Source: Salpingoeca rosetta
Taxonomy: Eukaryota; Protista; Choanoflagellata
Assembly: GCA_033442325.1 (NCBI GenBank)
Contig: JAWQFM010000015.1
Span: forward strand, 320,590-384,589
Length of the DNA: 64,000 nt
Direction of reading: 5' to 3'
This document shows, one piece after another, positions 1 to 15,450 of this stretch (position 1 is its first letter; every line of letters starts with the position of its first letter). The notes below the pieces were generated by a model. That model made no database searches. It was not told where the DNA came from and saw nothing but the letters and a program-made list of their open reading frames with translations. Position numbers and translations under genes: made by a program.

Positions 1-870
1 ATCCCACACCCGCACCGTCTTGTCACAGCTCCCAGACACCACACGCGTCCCATCAGGGCTAAACCCAACTGATGTGACTTCACGCGTGTGCCCCTCGCAC
101 AGTGTCAGCTGCTCGCCCGTCCGCGCATCCCACACCCGCACCGTCTCGTCAAGGCTCCCAGACACCACCCGTGTCCCATCAGGGCTAAACCCAACCGAGT
201 TGACAAACCCCGTGTGCCCCTCGCACTGCGTCAGCTGCTCGCCCGTCTGCGCATCCCACACTCGCACCGTCGCGTCATAGCTCCCAGACACCACACGCGT
301 CCCATCAGGGCTGAACCCAACCGAGAAGACCCAATGTGTGTGCCCGTCGCACTGGGTCAGCTGCTCTCCCGTCCGCGCATCCCACACCCGCACCGTCTTG
401 TCCCAGCTCCCAGACACCACCCGTGTCCCATCGGGGCTAAACCCAACCGAGGTCACACTTTCCGTGTGCCCGTCGCACTGCGTCAGCTGCTCACCCGTCT
501 GCGCATCCCACACACGCACCGTCTTGTCCCAGCTCCCAGACACCACCCGTGTCCCATCGGGGCTAAACCCAACCGAGGTGACACCACTCGTGTGCGCCTC
601 GCACTGCGTCAGCTGCTCACCCGTCCGCGCATCCCACACACGCACCGTCGCGTCAATGCTCCCAGACACCACCCGTGTCCCATCAGGGCTAAAGCCAACC
701 GAGAAGACACGATCCGTGTGCCCCTCGCACTGCGTCAGCTGCTCACCCGTCCGCGCATCCCACACCCGCACCGTCTTGTCCTCGGTCCCAAATGGACTGC
801 CGCTTCCAGACACCACGCGCGTCCCATCAGGGCTGAACCCAACAGAGGTGACCTCACTCGAGTGTCCAGT
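1..870 (-). repeat. 126-nt (42-codon) tandem WD40-coding repeat, about 7 copies in the window, high DNA identity
   Basis: A recurring unit, gcatcccacacccgcaccgtc...cccagacaccac.cg.gtcccatc.gggct.aacccaac, with 126-bp period. Confidence 0.95.
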
Positions 871-2615
871 GATGACCAACTTGCAGGGGCTGCGGGCAAG
901 CACCTTCGGAATGCGCAGGAGGCAGTGATTCGTTCTTGCTGCTCGTGCCAGTGTTCGCTGCGCCTGTGAAGCAAACCAGTGTGATTGCAACGGTATGCCA
1001 CCAAGAAAACAACCTGCGCCACGTCGCAAGGCATCCTTCTCACTCAGCCTCGGCGCCCAGTGTTCCCCGAAAAGGGAGCCTGTGTCATCAAGCAACTGAT
1101 ACATGTCATTGTCCACACCGAGCAGGGCTGTGGTCAGCTCGGCCAGCTCCTTGATGAGGGGCCGCCCACGTTCGGCAGAATACGCCTGCAGCAATAGCCA
1201 CTGCGCCATCGCTGCCGTTGCCTCGCGTTCCGTTGGCGCTACACCCGTGCCCTCGAATTGCGCCAGTATGTTCTCGTTCATGGAAAGACGTGGCTGTAAA
1301 AGCACATCCCTCCACGCCTCGACGCTCTGCCTGGCACTCGCAGCAACAGCAGCGCTGGCCTCAGTGTCGGTGCCATGCCCTGATTTGCCTGTTGCCTTGT
1401 CTGCAAGCGCTCGTGCACACTCGTACAAGTGCATGTGGCCATGCTCCAGCGCGTACTTGGTGACGGGCTCGTCCAGGACGTCACTGCCTGGCTCCAACAG
1501 CCCATGCGAGCCGCTCAGAAGCCCTCGGTCCTGCAGCACGCGCAGGCACGCGCGAGCGAGGATGGCGTGGCCTTGCCGCACGTCCACAAAGTGAGCACCA
1601 GCTCGCTTCTTGTCCGTGAGGAAGTCGTTGACGGTCTTGTGCAGGGGCTCAATCACGTCGTGCTTGCTGCTGCTGGAGAAGAGGAGCGATAGCGCACTCA
1701 GCAGCCGCTTCGTCAGCGCCTTAAGCTGCACCCGGTCACCACCGCACAGCTCATGCAGATCCTCCACGTGCAGTGGCTGGCAGGAAGCCACAATCGCCGC
1801 CAGCACGTTGTGCAGGGTGCCTTGCAGTGCTGCCAGCACCTCCTCATCCTCACCCGCCACCACCTCGAGCCGCGCCCGAATGCGGTCCAGCGTCTCCGTG
1901 TACGTGCCGTCAACGATACTGCCGCCAGAGCTGGCGAGCAGAGCATCGACACCCGCCGGCCTTAATTGCTGCTTGCTCGACTCGTCCAGCTCCTCCAAGG
2001 CGCCGGCAACCAAGGTGGCTACGAGGAATACATCATCCGCTCGATGTGCGACACTGCAGTGCCGCAGCAGCACGAAAGATAGCACGGAAGGTCAGAGGGC
2101 GGCACAAGAGCACGGCGCGCGTAAACAAGAATGGAGGGATGGAAGGATGGGCAGCTGGACTTGCTGGAAGGACATGAGATCAAAATGCCGCACACACACA
2201 AACGAACACACGCCTCAAGAACATACCTGGCTTGGGTTCTTGCTACTGAGGCTGGCACTGTTGATGTGTACGTGGTTGTTGCTGTGACTGTTGTGAACGT
2301 CGTGGCTGTGGTGGTGTTTGCGTGCAGGCTCGATTGCCAGTCTTGAACTCTCTTGTACAGCACATGATTCACACCCAAGTGCTCTTGCAACACGCGCAAC
2401 AAATGGCGTGGATCGGCGCGTTGATGGAGGTACGGCTGGGTAGATTCTGGGGGACAAGTTGCTTGAAGGGTACGAACGAGCTCCGTTGTCGTGTTTGGTG
2501 TGTACGACAGGCCACAAGCAGTGGCCAAGGTTGATATCTCATGCTCAGTCAGAGTGTGGAAAGCGGCAGTGACGTCTGCCAGCGCCGCGTTGGCGTCCGC
2601 CGAACCGCGCTCCAT
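1..2615 (-). CDS. NLR-like (NWD/HET-E-like) protein, 3' end runs off the window: N-terminal helical (possibly death-fold) domain, Thr-rich linker, NACHT-associated helical/winged-helix region, highly conserved WD40 repeats
   Basis: ATG at 2615 (MERGSAD...). Phase-2 GT-AG intron 2226..2054, then an open frame from 2053 to the window edge. It reads RADDVFLVATL, LHKTVNDFLTDKKRAGAHFVDVRQGHAILARACL, KYALEHGHMHL, then about 7 repeats of GHTxxVxSVGFSPDGTRVVSGSxDxTVRVWDAxTGEQLTQCE. The ORF track misses it because no stop lies in the window. Confidence 0.85.
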
Positions 2616-3118
2616 ATCCTGTTCTTGTGTAGCTTGCTTTTGTGCTGTCGTTGATAGAAAACTGAATCCAGTTGCTCCTTTTTTTTTTTGCGCGACACAC
2701 AAAAACAAACCAAACAAACCAAACAAACGTTGCTCTCGCACCAAACCAACCAACCATCATCATCATCAGCATCATCACCCCAAGAAGCAACCAACCACAC
2801 CACGCCGCCGCACACCCACAATCATTGTTCTCTTCCAACCAACCTGCCTGCTCTGCCTTTGTGTGTGTGTGTGACAAGCAACCACTATCGTCAATTTATC
2901 TGCTCCAGCCAACCATACACCGCACACACTGCGGCACGTTCACACACTCGCTTGCCACACGGCGTGAACACCACCAAAGGTCACGTTCCACAAGACGTGT
3001 GTGTCATCAACGTTGGTGATCATCACGTGAGCTCTGTTTGTGACACACGCGATTCTCGGAACTGGTCAACCACACGCGCCACACCCCATCGATTCAAGCA
3101 ACCAATCACACGAGGTAT

Positions 3119-3170
<52 letters not shown>

Positions 3171-3321
3171 TGTGTGTGTGTGAGTGTGCGTGTGTGTGTG
3201 TATTGCCAAACTTGCTTCACCAGAACCCCACACGTGTCCTTCACGCGCACACGGCCATCCCCTCCTCCTCATTCCTTCTTTCTTTTCACACACACGCACA
3301 CACACACGCACGCACTGTAGA

Positions 3322-4351
3322 ATGGCAACTCAGACCAACGAGGAGGCCCTGAGCCACCTCGAGCAGCCACCGCCACCACCACAAGTTGCTCCTCCTCAAC
3401 AGCAACAGCACGAGGAACATGAAGAAGAGCTTTCGTTCCACACCATCCTGCAAGGAATACTTGTGCACTTTATGCTTGGCGATCTCGATCGCAACGCTCC
3501 ATTTGTACGTTGACTATGACTCGATCACCTGTGTGTGCGTGCGTGTGTGTCTGTTTGTGTGTTTGTGTGCGTGGAACAGCAATGCCAAGTCACACAAGCT
3601 CGACCGCATCACACGTGCGCCTCACGCTTGTTCCTGGTCTGTCTTCGCTTTCATTCCCTTTTTGCTTCCCGTTTGTAGTTGCAGCAGGTGTCCACCAAGT
3701 GCCGCGAACTGCTGGCCAAGGACTACATCGTTGAGGTTTGATCTCCACGCCAACTTTTGCCTTTGCACACACCAGCACGCCTTAATTGTGATGCGTGTCT
3801 TTGATCAATCAATGCGCCATATCCAACACCTTGAGCTCACCAACTCCACATGTGATTCGCAGGACCTGGACAACAGCGACGGCCACCTGTGCCCGCATTA
3901 CCCGCACACCATCTTCTTCCTCGCCGACGATCGCAACAGGTGCACGATGCTGGTGCTGGCTTGTACGGCTTGCGGAAGTTGGCAGGCGTCGTGTGTGGAG
4001 ACACGCCTTTTCGCTTTGCCTTGTTGACACTCTTCTTGTTCTCACTACGGCGCCCTTGCTGTTCCAACCACAGCAGCAGCGACAGCGACGCCGCCACCAC
4101 AACAACAACCACCACCAACACCACCGCGAACAACAGCAGCGGCAACATCAACGACGACAACACCAACAGGAGCAACAGCGATGATGAAGAAGAAGGCGAC
4201 GATGCATCCACGGCTGCCAGCCAGCGCGCCGCGAACCTCAAGAAGCTGCAACGGCTCATCCGCAAGGCCCAATATGCGCGCTGTCGCCGCCGCTTCCCCG
4301 TGCCGGTCATTCGCGCCTTCAACAAGGTACACACACACACACAACAAACAA

Positions 4352-4437
<86 letters not shown>

Positions 4438-7400
4438 CTGCCTTGAGTGTTAGCGCATTGCTCCATATGCATGTTTGCAACACCATCTCCCTGCTGCTCT
4501 GCACTGCACTTCACCGCATACACAGCTGTCCCCTCCCTCCCAACCGCATACGCACTGCGGCTGCTTTTACACTTCTCTCTCTCTCTCTCTGTTGCGCTTT
4601 CGTTCGGTCGCTGGCGGCCTGGCCATTGTTTTCTTCTTTCCGTTATGCGTCTGTTGCTTCTGTGCTTTGTCCGGTCCCCTTTCCTCTTCAACGCTTCATC
4701 CGATTGTGCCGTGCTTTCCATTGGTCGGTTGGTTGGCTGTTACTGTGGTCCAACCCAACGACCGCCCCTCATGTCCTGTTTCCGTGCACCCATCCATCCA
4801 ATCATTCGTTATCTTCTTCTTCTTGTTGTCCTGTTTATGCCCAATCCACCAGTGTATGTCTCTCTTCTCCGCCTTTGTGTTTTTGTTTTCCTTGCTCCGC
4901 TCTCAACCCAAACGCGCGCCAATCCGTTGGCCTGCATTTGCTGCTCATTGCTCTCCAATTGTCTGTTGATCTGTCTGTCGGTTCTGACCTGCCAACCGAT
5001 TCGTCGTGTTGTTATTGTTGTGTTCAATTGTTTCAATTTGTATTAACTATTTTCTTTGCGGTTTCGTTGTTTTTTTTTCCTTCCTTCCACGCTGCCCACT
5101 CACACCGCACAACGCCACCATGTACTTATGCAATCCCCACGTCTCCTCACACACTCTCCCCTCACTTCCCCTCTTTCCTTCCACCACCATCACCACCATC
5201 ACCACCATCACCGCCATCACCACCAGCACATCTGCCGGTCGGCCACGCTGTCGACGTATGAGGAGATAATGTTCCGCCTGGGCGTGTCCTCTGTGTACGC
5301 GTATGCCTCCAAGTACTTCAGCGACAGCATCACCCCCGCCGCCACAGACTTTGAGCACACGGACGTCGACGACGACGACGACGATGGTGATGGCGATGGT
5401 GACGATGATTGTGGTGAGCAGGCGCACCTTGGCCAGGATGACGTGCGCGCGTGCGTTGGTGGCAGTGGACTGCGCGGCTGCACAGCCATTGATGCGCACG
5501 AAGGAATGGCCGCAAGCACAGACGAGCAGCAGCAGTACGACGACCAGCAGCAGAATGGTGGCAACAGCCGTGCACAAGGAGACGCGCTGACAAGCGCATC
5601 CACAGCTGCGGCCACCAGCGAAGTCCACAGCCATAACAATGGCAGCAACAGCAACAGCAGCAGCAGCAGCAGCAGCGGGACGGGGAGCGTGCCATCCACG
5701 GAAGCGCCTACCGAGCGCGGCGATGGCGTTGATGTTGATGGCGCTGAGGTGGTAGCCACACTGCACCAGCACTTGACAACAACGACGGTGCACGATGTGC
5801 ACATTGGCCTGAAGCGCCGCGCCGACGAGCAGAACACCACCGCCATCGAGGATGGAGAGAACAACGACACCACCTGTACTGGCAACGCGCTTGCTGGCGA
5901 TGATGATCATGATCATGATGGTGGTGATCACGATGACGATGTTGTTGTTGTCGATGGCAGCGCCCACCGCGGCGACGGTGCCGCTGTTGCCGACAGGGAG
6001 CAGCGCGAGCTCATGGCGAACATGGCTGCCATTGTGCACGAGAGCGAGGAAGAGGACGAGGAGGAGGCGGTGATTGTCCGCCACACGTCCACCAGCAGTG
6101 AGAGCGGCAGCATCACCCCGCGCGGCTTCAGCAGTGCCACAAGCGGCGCACAAACGCCAAATAAGAAGCCAGAGTCAGTTTGTGTTGTGTTGTGCTCTGT
6201 TGCGTTGTGGTTGTGGGTGCTGTGGTCGTGGGTGCTGTAGTCGTGGGTGCGTTGGAAGTGTTCTGTCCATTACTCATTTTGCATCTCCTGCATCGCGTGC
6301 CCAATGCTGCCATGCGTATCCGCTCACCCCTTCATCATCTCCCGTGTGCGTGTGTGTTCTGACTCGCCTGCCAGGTCTGCCCGGGTGGTGTCGCAGCACC
6401 GCAGTGCCGACATCCAACTCCTCGACGCTCTGAGTACGTCCATGGTGACGTGATGGTGGAGGAGGCGTCAGCGGTGAGAATGGGACAAGACTATCCACAC
6501 ACACGCACACACACATACATACATACACACACACACACACCCCGCAGCACAAGGAGAGTGCTCCACAGCGAGTGCTGACACCTTGCATTCGGTGGCGGTT
6601 CGGAACCGATGTTGCTGACGCCAAACATCCAATGCACGCGTGCATTCCTTTTTTACTCACTGCACATCATGTTCTCTCAACCTCATCCCATCCTGTGCAG
6701 ACGTGAAGTGGATCTTTGATCTGATGGTTGAGAACCGCAAGCTCAAGTACCGCTATTACGTCTCCTCCTCAGAGAAGGCCGACGCAGAACGTGAGGGCGC
6801 GAGAGAAGCGCAAATGGGGAGTGGGCGGGTGGTTTGGTCTGGAGTACGAGTGTGGCTACCATCGTACGATGTTTGTGTGAGTATGTGATGCGTTGGCGGA
6901 AGGGCGATTGCTTGCTCAGGCGCATGATCACAACCTCCACACCCTGGCAACACCACATGAACGCGCATGTGCACACATTTTTGTGTGTATGTGTACTCAC
7001 ATACCGCATGTGCATGTGTACTCACATACCGCATGTGCATGTGTACTCACATACCGCAACCCACTTTCCACCCTTCATCACCACCACCACGAATCCCAGG
7101 CCGCTACGACCGGTTCTCGATTGTGGCGGTTCCGTATCCAGGGGTGGAGGATTTTGCCCACTGCGAAGCAGACGAGTTTGACGCCTTTGGAAAGGTCTGG
7201 CATGCTTGCATGTGTGTGTATGTGTGTGTGTGTATGTGTGCATGTGTGCATGTGTGCATGTGTGCATGTGTGCATGTGTGCATGTGTGTATGTGTGCATG
7301 TGTACATGTGTGTTTGAGCAGAATTGGCATGCAGCTAGCCTTGCATGTGTGGATCGGAACCGCCAACACCATTGATCACGCCTGTCATAAACGCGTGCAT

Positions 7401-7644
7401 GCATGCATGCACTCATGCGCGTGCGTATTTTCATATCAACCACACTCCCACCACTCATCAACCACAACAGCGCATCGACTGGACCAACCCGCGCTTTGAT
7501 GCGGATGTGTCCATCCCCTATCAGCCGTCCGCGATCAATATCGACTATGAGCAGTATCGCACGTGGAATCTTGGCGAGATCACGGCAAACTACATGAAGC
7601 TCCTGGTCCACCTCATCGCAACCGGCACGGGCGAAGGTGTGTGT

Positions 7645-7682
<38 letters not shown>

Positions 7683-8681
7683 ACGATTTGTGTTTCATTG
7701 GTGTTTGCTTGATGTGTTGCATGTTTGTGTTGCCATACATCTGTATGCATTCCCCTCCCATGTTCACTGCACACCCTCTTGCGCTCATATCACGTGCCCA
7801 TCATTTCCTCACACCACCCCTCCTACCACTTCATCGCTGCATTTTCATGTCCAGGTCTTCTCCTTCACTGCATCTCCGGCTGGGACCGCACCCCGCTCTT
7901 CACGTCTCTCCTGCGCCTCTCTCTCTGGGCGGTGGGTCACTGATGTCTGTGGTGTATGTGCGTGGGTGTGTGTGCGTGGGTGTGTGTATATGTCAACATG
8001 TGCCTGCCCTGAGTATGAATGTGTACGCACACCAATTCACCCGCTCACACATCTCTCACCACCCCTACCTCTCAACAATACACACACACACGTCTTCCCA
8101 TTCCCGTCCCGTATCAACAGGACGGCGTGTCACACGCGTCGCTGTCTGCGGAGGAAGCGCTGTATCTGACGGTGGCGTACGACTGGGTCCTCTTTGGCCA
8201 CCAGCTCTCCACCCGCCTCTCAAAGCACGAGGCAATCTTCTTCTTCTGCTTCGACTTTCTCCAGGTCTGTGCATGTGTGTGTGTGTGTGCGTGTGTGCAT
8301 GCGTGTGTGCGTGTGCGTGTGCGTGTGCGTGTGCATTCGTGCGTGCATGTGTGCGTGCATGTGAGCGTGTGTGCATATGTGCGTGCGTGTGTTTATCGTT
8401 CATGTGTGCGTACGCACTGTGTCAGTTTGAATTTCGCTCACTACTCCACTCTCCACTCTCCACACCACATACACATACGCACAACACACTGTACAGCACC
8501 TTGCTGATGCGGAGTACGCCTGTCCCGGAGCAACAGTGGACGCGTACGTGATATTTGTACTGCCCGTGCAATCTTGTCTCCTTTGGGCGTTTCCCTACTC
8601 TGGGGGGTTTCCCGACTCCTTAAATTTGTTTCTTTCTTCCACACGTTAATTGCGGCCCACACGCTCACGACGCACACGCAC

Positions 8682-8774
<93 letters not shown>

Positions 8775-8953
8775 ACATCGCATCCGAATACAGGAGCGAG
8801 CGGCATGCGCGGCTGCTGCGCGTGCGGGAGCTGTTCATTGCGTCATACCGCAGCGCGCGAACCAAGCACGAGGAGGTGTTGAAGCAGCAGCGCTGGTTCC
8901 CCATGGGCTGGCTCTCCGGCATCCTCTCAAGCATCACTACTTCGAAGCAGTGA
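3322..8953 (+). CDS. MTMR14: Myotubularin-related protein 14 (Jumpy-type phosphoinositide 3-phosphatase), multi-exon
   Basis: Spliced exons give LCPHYPHTIFFL, ARCRRRFPVPVI, HICRSATL, IFDLMVENRKLK, VSSSEKAD, VPYPGVE, catalytic LLHCISGWDRTPLFTSLLRLSLWA (7855-7932) and LYLTVAYDWVLFGHQL...IFFFCFDFL, all matching MTMR14 motifs. Stop at 8951-8953. Confidence 0.93.
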
Positions 8954-9097
8954 CACACAACAGCGCACCAGCTGCAAAGTCGGCACACGGACACACACAC
9001 ACACACACGCACAGACACACACACACAGACACACACAGACACAGACACACAGACACAGACACAGACACAGACAGACACAGACACAGACACAGACACA

Positions 9098-9162
<65 letters not shown>

Positions 9163-10157
9163 CGAGACCTACACCTGACCAGTGCGTGCTCAGCTTGGCT
9201 GATGAACCTGTCGTTTCCGTGGACAGCACCTTGATTTATTGATCACTTCACATCACTGGGTTCAGTGATTGGAGTGAGGAGGGGGAGGTGGGGGAGATGG
9301 AGTTGATGGCGCAACATGTGTCTTTTTTGCGCTCGTTGTTCGGTCCGTATTCTTTCATTTTCATTTTTTTCGTTTTGGTGCATGTTCTCTCTGTGCCTGT
9401 TTCCGTATCTGCCTCTGTCTCTGTTTGACTGACTGACTGATTGACTGTCGCTTTTTCTTTTCACGTCGTGCATGTGACGTGTGTTCTCTGCACGCATGTG
9501 CGTGACCACTGGGAGGGGGGAAGACTGGCTCTTACTGCTGTTGATGATGGCGTGGCGCTGGATGAAGGGGAGAACTGCAACATGTGCAACATATGTGTGT
9601 ATGTGGCAGGCACGTGCATGGCCTCTTCGGTTGCTCCTCCTTGTGCCTATGCCGATGCGATTGGCATGGAGCATGCGTGCTTTGACAGTCTTTATGTTGA
9701 TGCCTGCAGGCAAATTGTTGTTGTGCATCAACTCTGTGTCTCTCTGCATCAACTGCACACGACTCGTACACGCTCTTCCCTCAGCAACACGCTCCCGCTC
9801 TGTGTCGCTGTCGTTCCTGTTTCGTTCTTGGTTCATTCTTGTCTCATTTTTGTTTTGGTTGGTTACTTTTGGGTGCACTTGCATCCCGCCAACACCTCTT
9901 GGTGTTTAGTTACCGTGCGCCCATCTTCGTACCTGCCCACGCACACATGTGTGCACATGTACACGCGTTTCGCTCGCGCTACATTCATCCGCGCGTGTGT
10001 ATGCGTGGTGTGGTGACTCGTGCGAATGAGCGCCAATGAGTGAACTGTATCCGGCCTTTAATAGCGTTGACAGAAGCACATGGCACGAGGCAAGGAAAGG
10101 TAACACACACACACAATCAAACAAAGTGGAAGACGCAGGAAGACGTGCACACACATG

Positions 10158-10226
<69 letters not shown>

Positions 10227-10458
10227 TAATCAGAGCATGAACGAAAATCAGGAGCTATTGACGAGAACAGACATACAGAAGAGAAGCAAGCGGTACGTCA
10301 TTGAATAACACACGCACGAAGCAAGAAGCACGTGGGCACCTCGACATCATAGTCACATCGAGGAAAGCAAGGAAAGAGTGTAACCGAAGAGCAACTCAAG
10401 GCATACTGCTTGCAGACGAAAGCACAAAATCCAAATACATCATACACAAGAACGTCAA

Positions 10459-10491
<33 letters not shown>

Positions 10492-10504
10492 CAGCAACAA
10501 CAGC

Positions 10505-10541
<37 letters not shown>

Positions 10542-10549
10542 GGTCAATG

Positions 10550-12735
<2,186 letters not shown>

Positions 12736-12887
12736 CCTCCTCGTTGTTGTTGTTGTTGTTGTTGTTGTTGCCCCCTGTGCAAAGTCGCTCGTCCGACACA
12801 ACGCAGTTCAACAGCGGTGTTGTTCCTCTGTTGTTTTGTGGTCCTACGCGACCGACTGAATTCAGTCGACCAAGGAGTTGTGTGCGC

Positions 12888-13016
<129 letters not shown>

Positions 13017-13146
13017 TGTTGGACAACAGCTGACATCGCAGCCTCTTTCTTCACGAATCAATGGTGGGCGTAATGTTAACGAGAACGAGCGTTCTGCTGA
13101 GAGGTGATATGATCGCACCAAGGGTTGCTAAACACACACACACACA

Positions 13147-13180
<34 letters not shown>

Positions 13181-13261
13181 ACAAACGTACTCAGCAGCAC
13201 TGTCACAAACCTTAGTGACCCAGAACAACAAAAAGCATGTCGGCATCACCACCAATCATCG

Positions 13262-13300
<39 letters not shown>

Positions 13301-13303
<3 letters not shown>

Positions 13304-13722
13304 CCACCAATCATCGTCATCATCATCATCATCGTAATCATCGTAATCATCGTCGTCCTCAGAGTCATCATCAAAATCATAATCATCATCACCATTATCG
13401 TCACCATCATCATCTTCGCTGCAAGAGGTGTCACTGCAACACTCGTAATGTCGCTTTCCTGCGAGCAGTATCTGCCTCATCTCCTCTGGCGATCGGTTGA
13501 CGAGAGTCACGTCGGGCCACCGCCACTCTTCGTCGATTGTGGAGCAGTATTTCACCACAAGCGACGTGACGGGTGGGATGTTATCCACACCATCAAACCC
13601 GCAGTTGTCGAGAATAAGGCGCTGCACGCTGCTGATGCACGCAAAATCCTTGATGTTGCACGTCAAGATCCGGCAGTGGTTCACATCCTGAATGCGGTTG
13701 ATCACCAACACGCCTGCGGATG

Positions 13723-13782
<60 letters not shown>

Positions 13783-15401
13783 CATCATCACCACCATCAT
13801 TGCTGTTGTCGTTGTTGCTGCTATTGTTGTTGTTGCCACCATCACCACCACTTCCACCACCATCGTCACCACCAGTACTCCGTACGCCAGCACTCGCCAG
13901 TCGTTTCGTCTGACCATGCTGCGACTGCTGGTGAAGGGGGGTGGTCGAACCGCCAACGGTGGCGTTCTCAACGTGTAACGAGGTCATGGAGGCCATCGCG
14001 ACAGACCCACTGCAGTCGGCCAGGCGCACGTGCTCGCAGTCGGCGAGTTCCCCCTCCAGTCTGCAGCTGACGAGTTCGAGCAGCTTTCGTCCAGAGAGTA
14101 AGTGAAAGTCATGCATGGGGACGTCTGCACCAGCGTATGTGTCTTGCTGAAGCAGTACCTGCGGCACGTGTTGCACAAAGCTGCAGTGGAGGTCGTGCTC
14201 GAAGAACACCTTCAGCAGCTGAACACACGGTGGCACCGGCGCCTCCACCTCCCGTTTCATGACAAATACGACGACACGGCTTGGGATGACATTCAGGTCC
14301 CGGATGTCATCAATACAATGCAGCAGTTGTAGTTTGTCAACCCGGCGGCCAAGAGATGCCAGCTGCTCCGGTGTCAGGGCAGGAATTTCAATCGACTCCA
14401 GGGCAGAAATTTCAATCGACTCCAGCGCGAAGCACACCTCATCTGCGTGCTCAAAGTCTGGAAATGTGGCCAGCGAAGACAACGCATGGTGGATTACAAG
14501 CTTGCGGATGTGACGCGGGCACGTCACGCGCATGTTCGGGTTGCGCTGCAACTCAATCGTTGTTGCGTTGGGAAGATGCAATACCTCAGGGACGGCGGTG
14601 AGGTCACAAAGAGACACCTGAGTTGCGTTCAATGTGTCGATCTCAAGCGGTATCGCCTTCAGCTGAAGAGATTCTGCTGCTGCAATGGCCTCGTGCCCAC
14701 TGGAGCAGAGAACGCGGTGGAGAGCCAGGTGCTTGGTTCCGATCAGTGGAGTGAGGTTGGTCGTGTCATGGCTAAAGTTTAAGAGCGTGACGCTGGAAAG
14801 ACCTGCCTCTGCGAGGTCACTCAAATTATTGCAAATCGTGCTCCATATATCGCGGATGTCAATGCATCGCACGCGTTGCAGGTGACAGCGGCGAGGCGTA
14901 GTGCCTGTCGCTCCCGTCCAGACGAAGCAGTCAACGTCCTCTACCGCAACAGCAGCAGACTGGAAGCGTAAAGTGTCACAGAGGACAACTCGGGTAATGT
15001 TGCACGCTTTGATTGTGGAAAAGCGTGATCTGCCTGATGTCAAGTACACTAACTCTCCGCGCACATCTGCAAGTGCTGTCATTCGAAGCACATTCCAGCG
15101 ATCAGCACATGTTTGGTTGCTGAACCTGGCCCGCATGGAGAATACCGCAGGTGCAGCACGGTGTTGCTGGTGGTGGTGTTGTTGCTGGTGGTGTTGCAGG
15201 TGGTGGTGTTGCTGGCGCTGGTCTTCTCCCTCGTCTCCGTTCTTACTCCCTTCCTTGCCTTCTACCTCGTGTTGTTGATGATGTTGTTGCAGCTGCAGGC
15301 GGCATTGTTGATGCGGCTTCGATGGCACTGCTTCAGCGCGAGGCTGGTTTGGTTGTTCGTGCTTCTGGCGTGCGGTTTGCAGCCCATGTGCTGCATAACT
15401 G

Positions 15402-15450
<49 letters not shown>

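Noticed and set aside
1-870. CRISPR-like repeat/spacer array
   Set aside because: The period is a constant 126 nt with no unique spacers, the unit is in-frame coding, and the context is eukaryotic with no cas genes.
20-969. Plus-strand repetitive ORFs (PDTTRVPSGLNPT..., RIPHPHRLV...)
   Set aside because: Antisense shadows of the minus-strand WD40 array; the minus frame gives canonical GH...WD repeats.
9179-9277. Hammerhead ribozyme, C/D snoRNA, SECIS or IRE (contains CTGATGA and CAGTGA)
   Set aside because: No GAAA after the stem for a hammerhead, C and D boxes not properly placed against a terminal stem, no SECIS helix, and CAGUGA lies in the stem rather than in an apical loop.
9441-10016. 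191-aa plus-strand ORF between MTMR14 and the PTB gene
   Set aside because: No recognisable motif, and composition resembles intron/UTR sequence.
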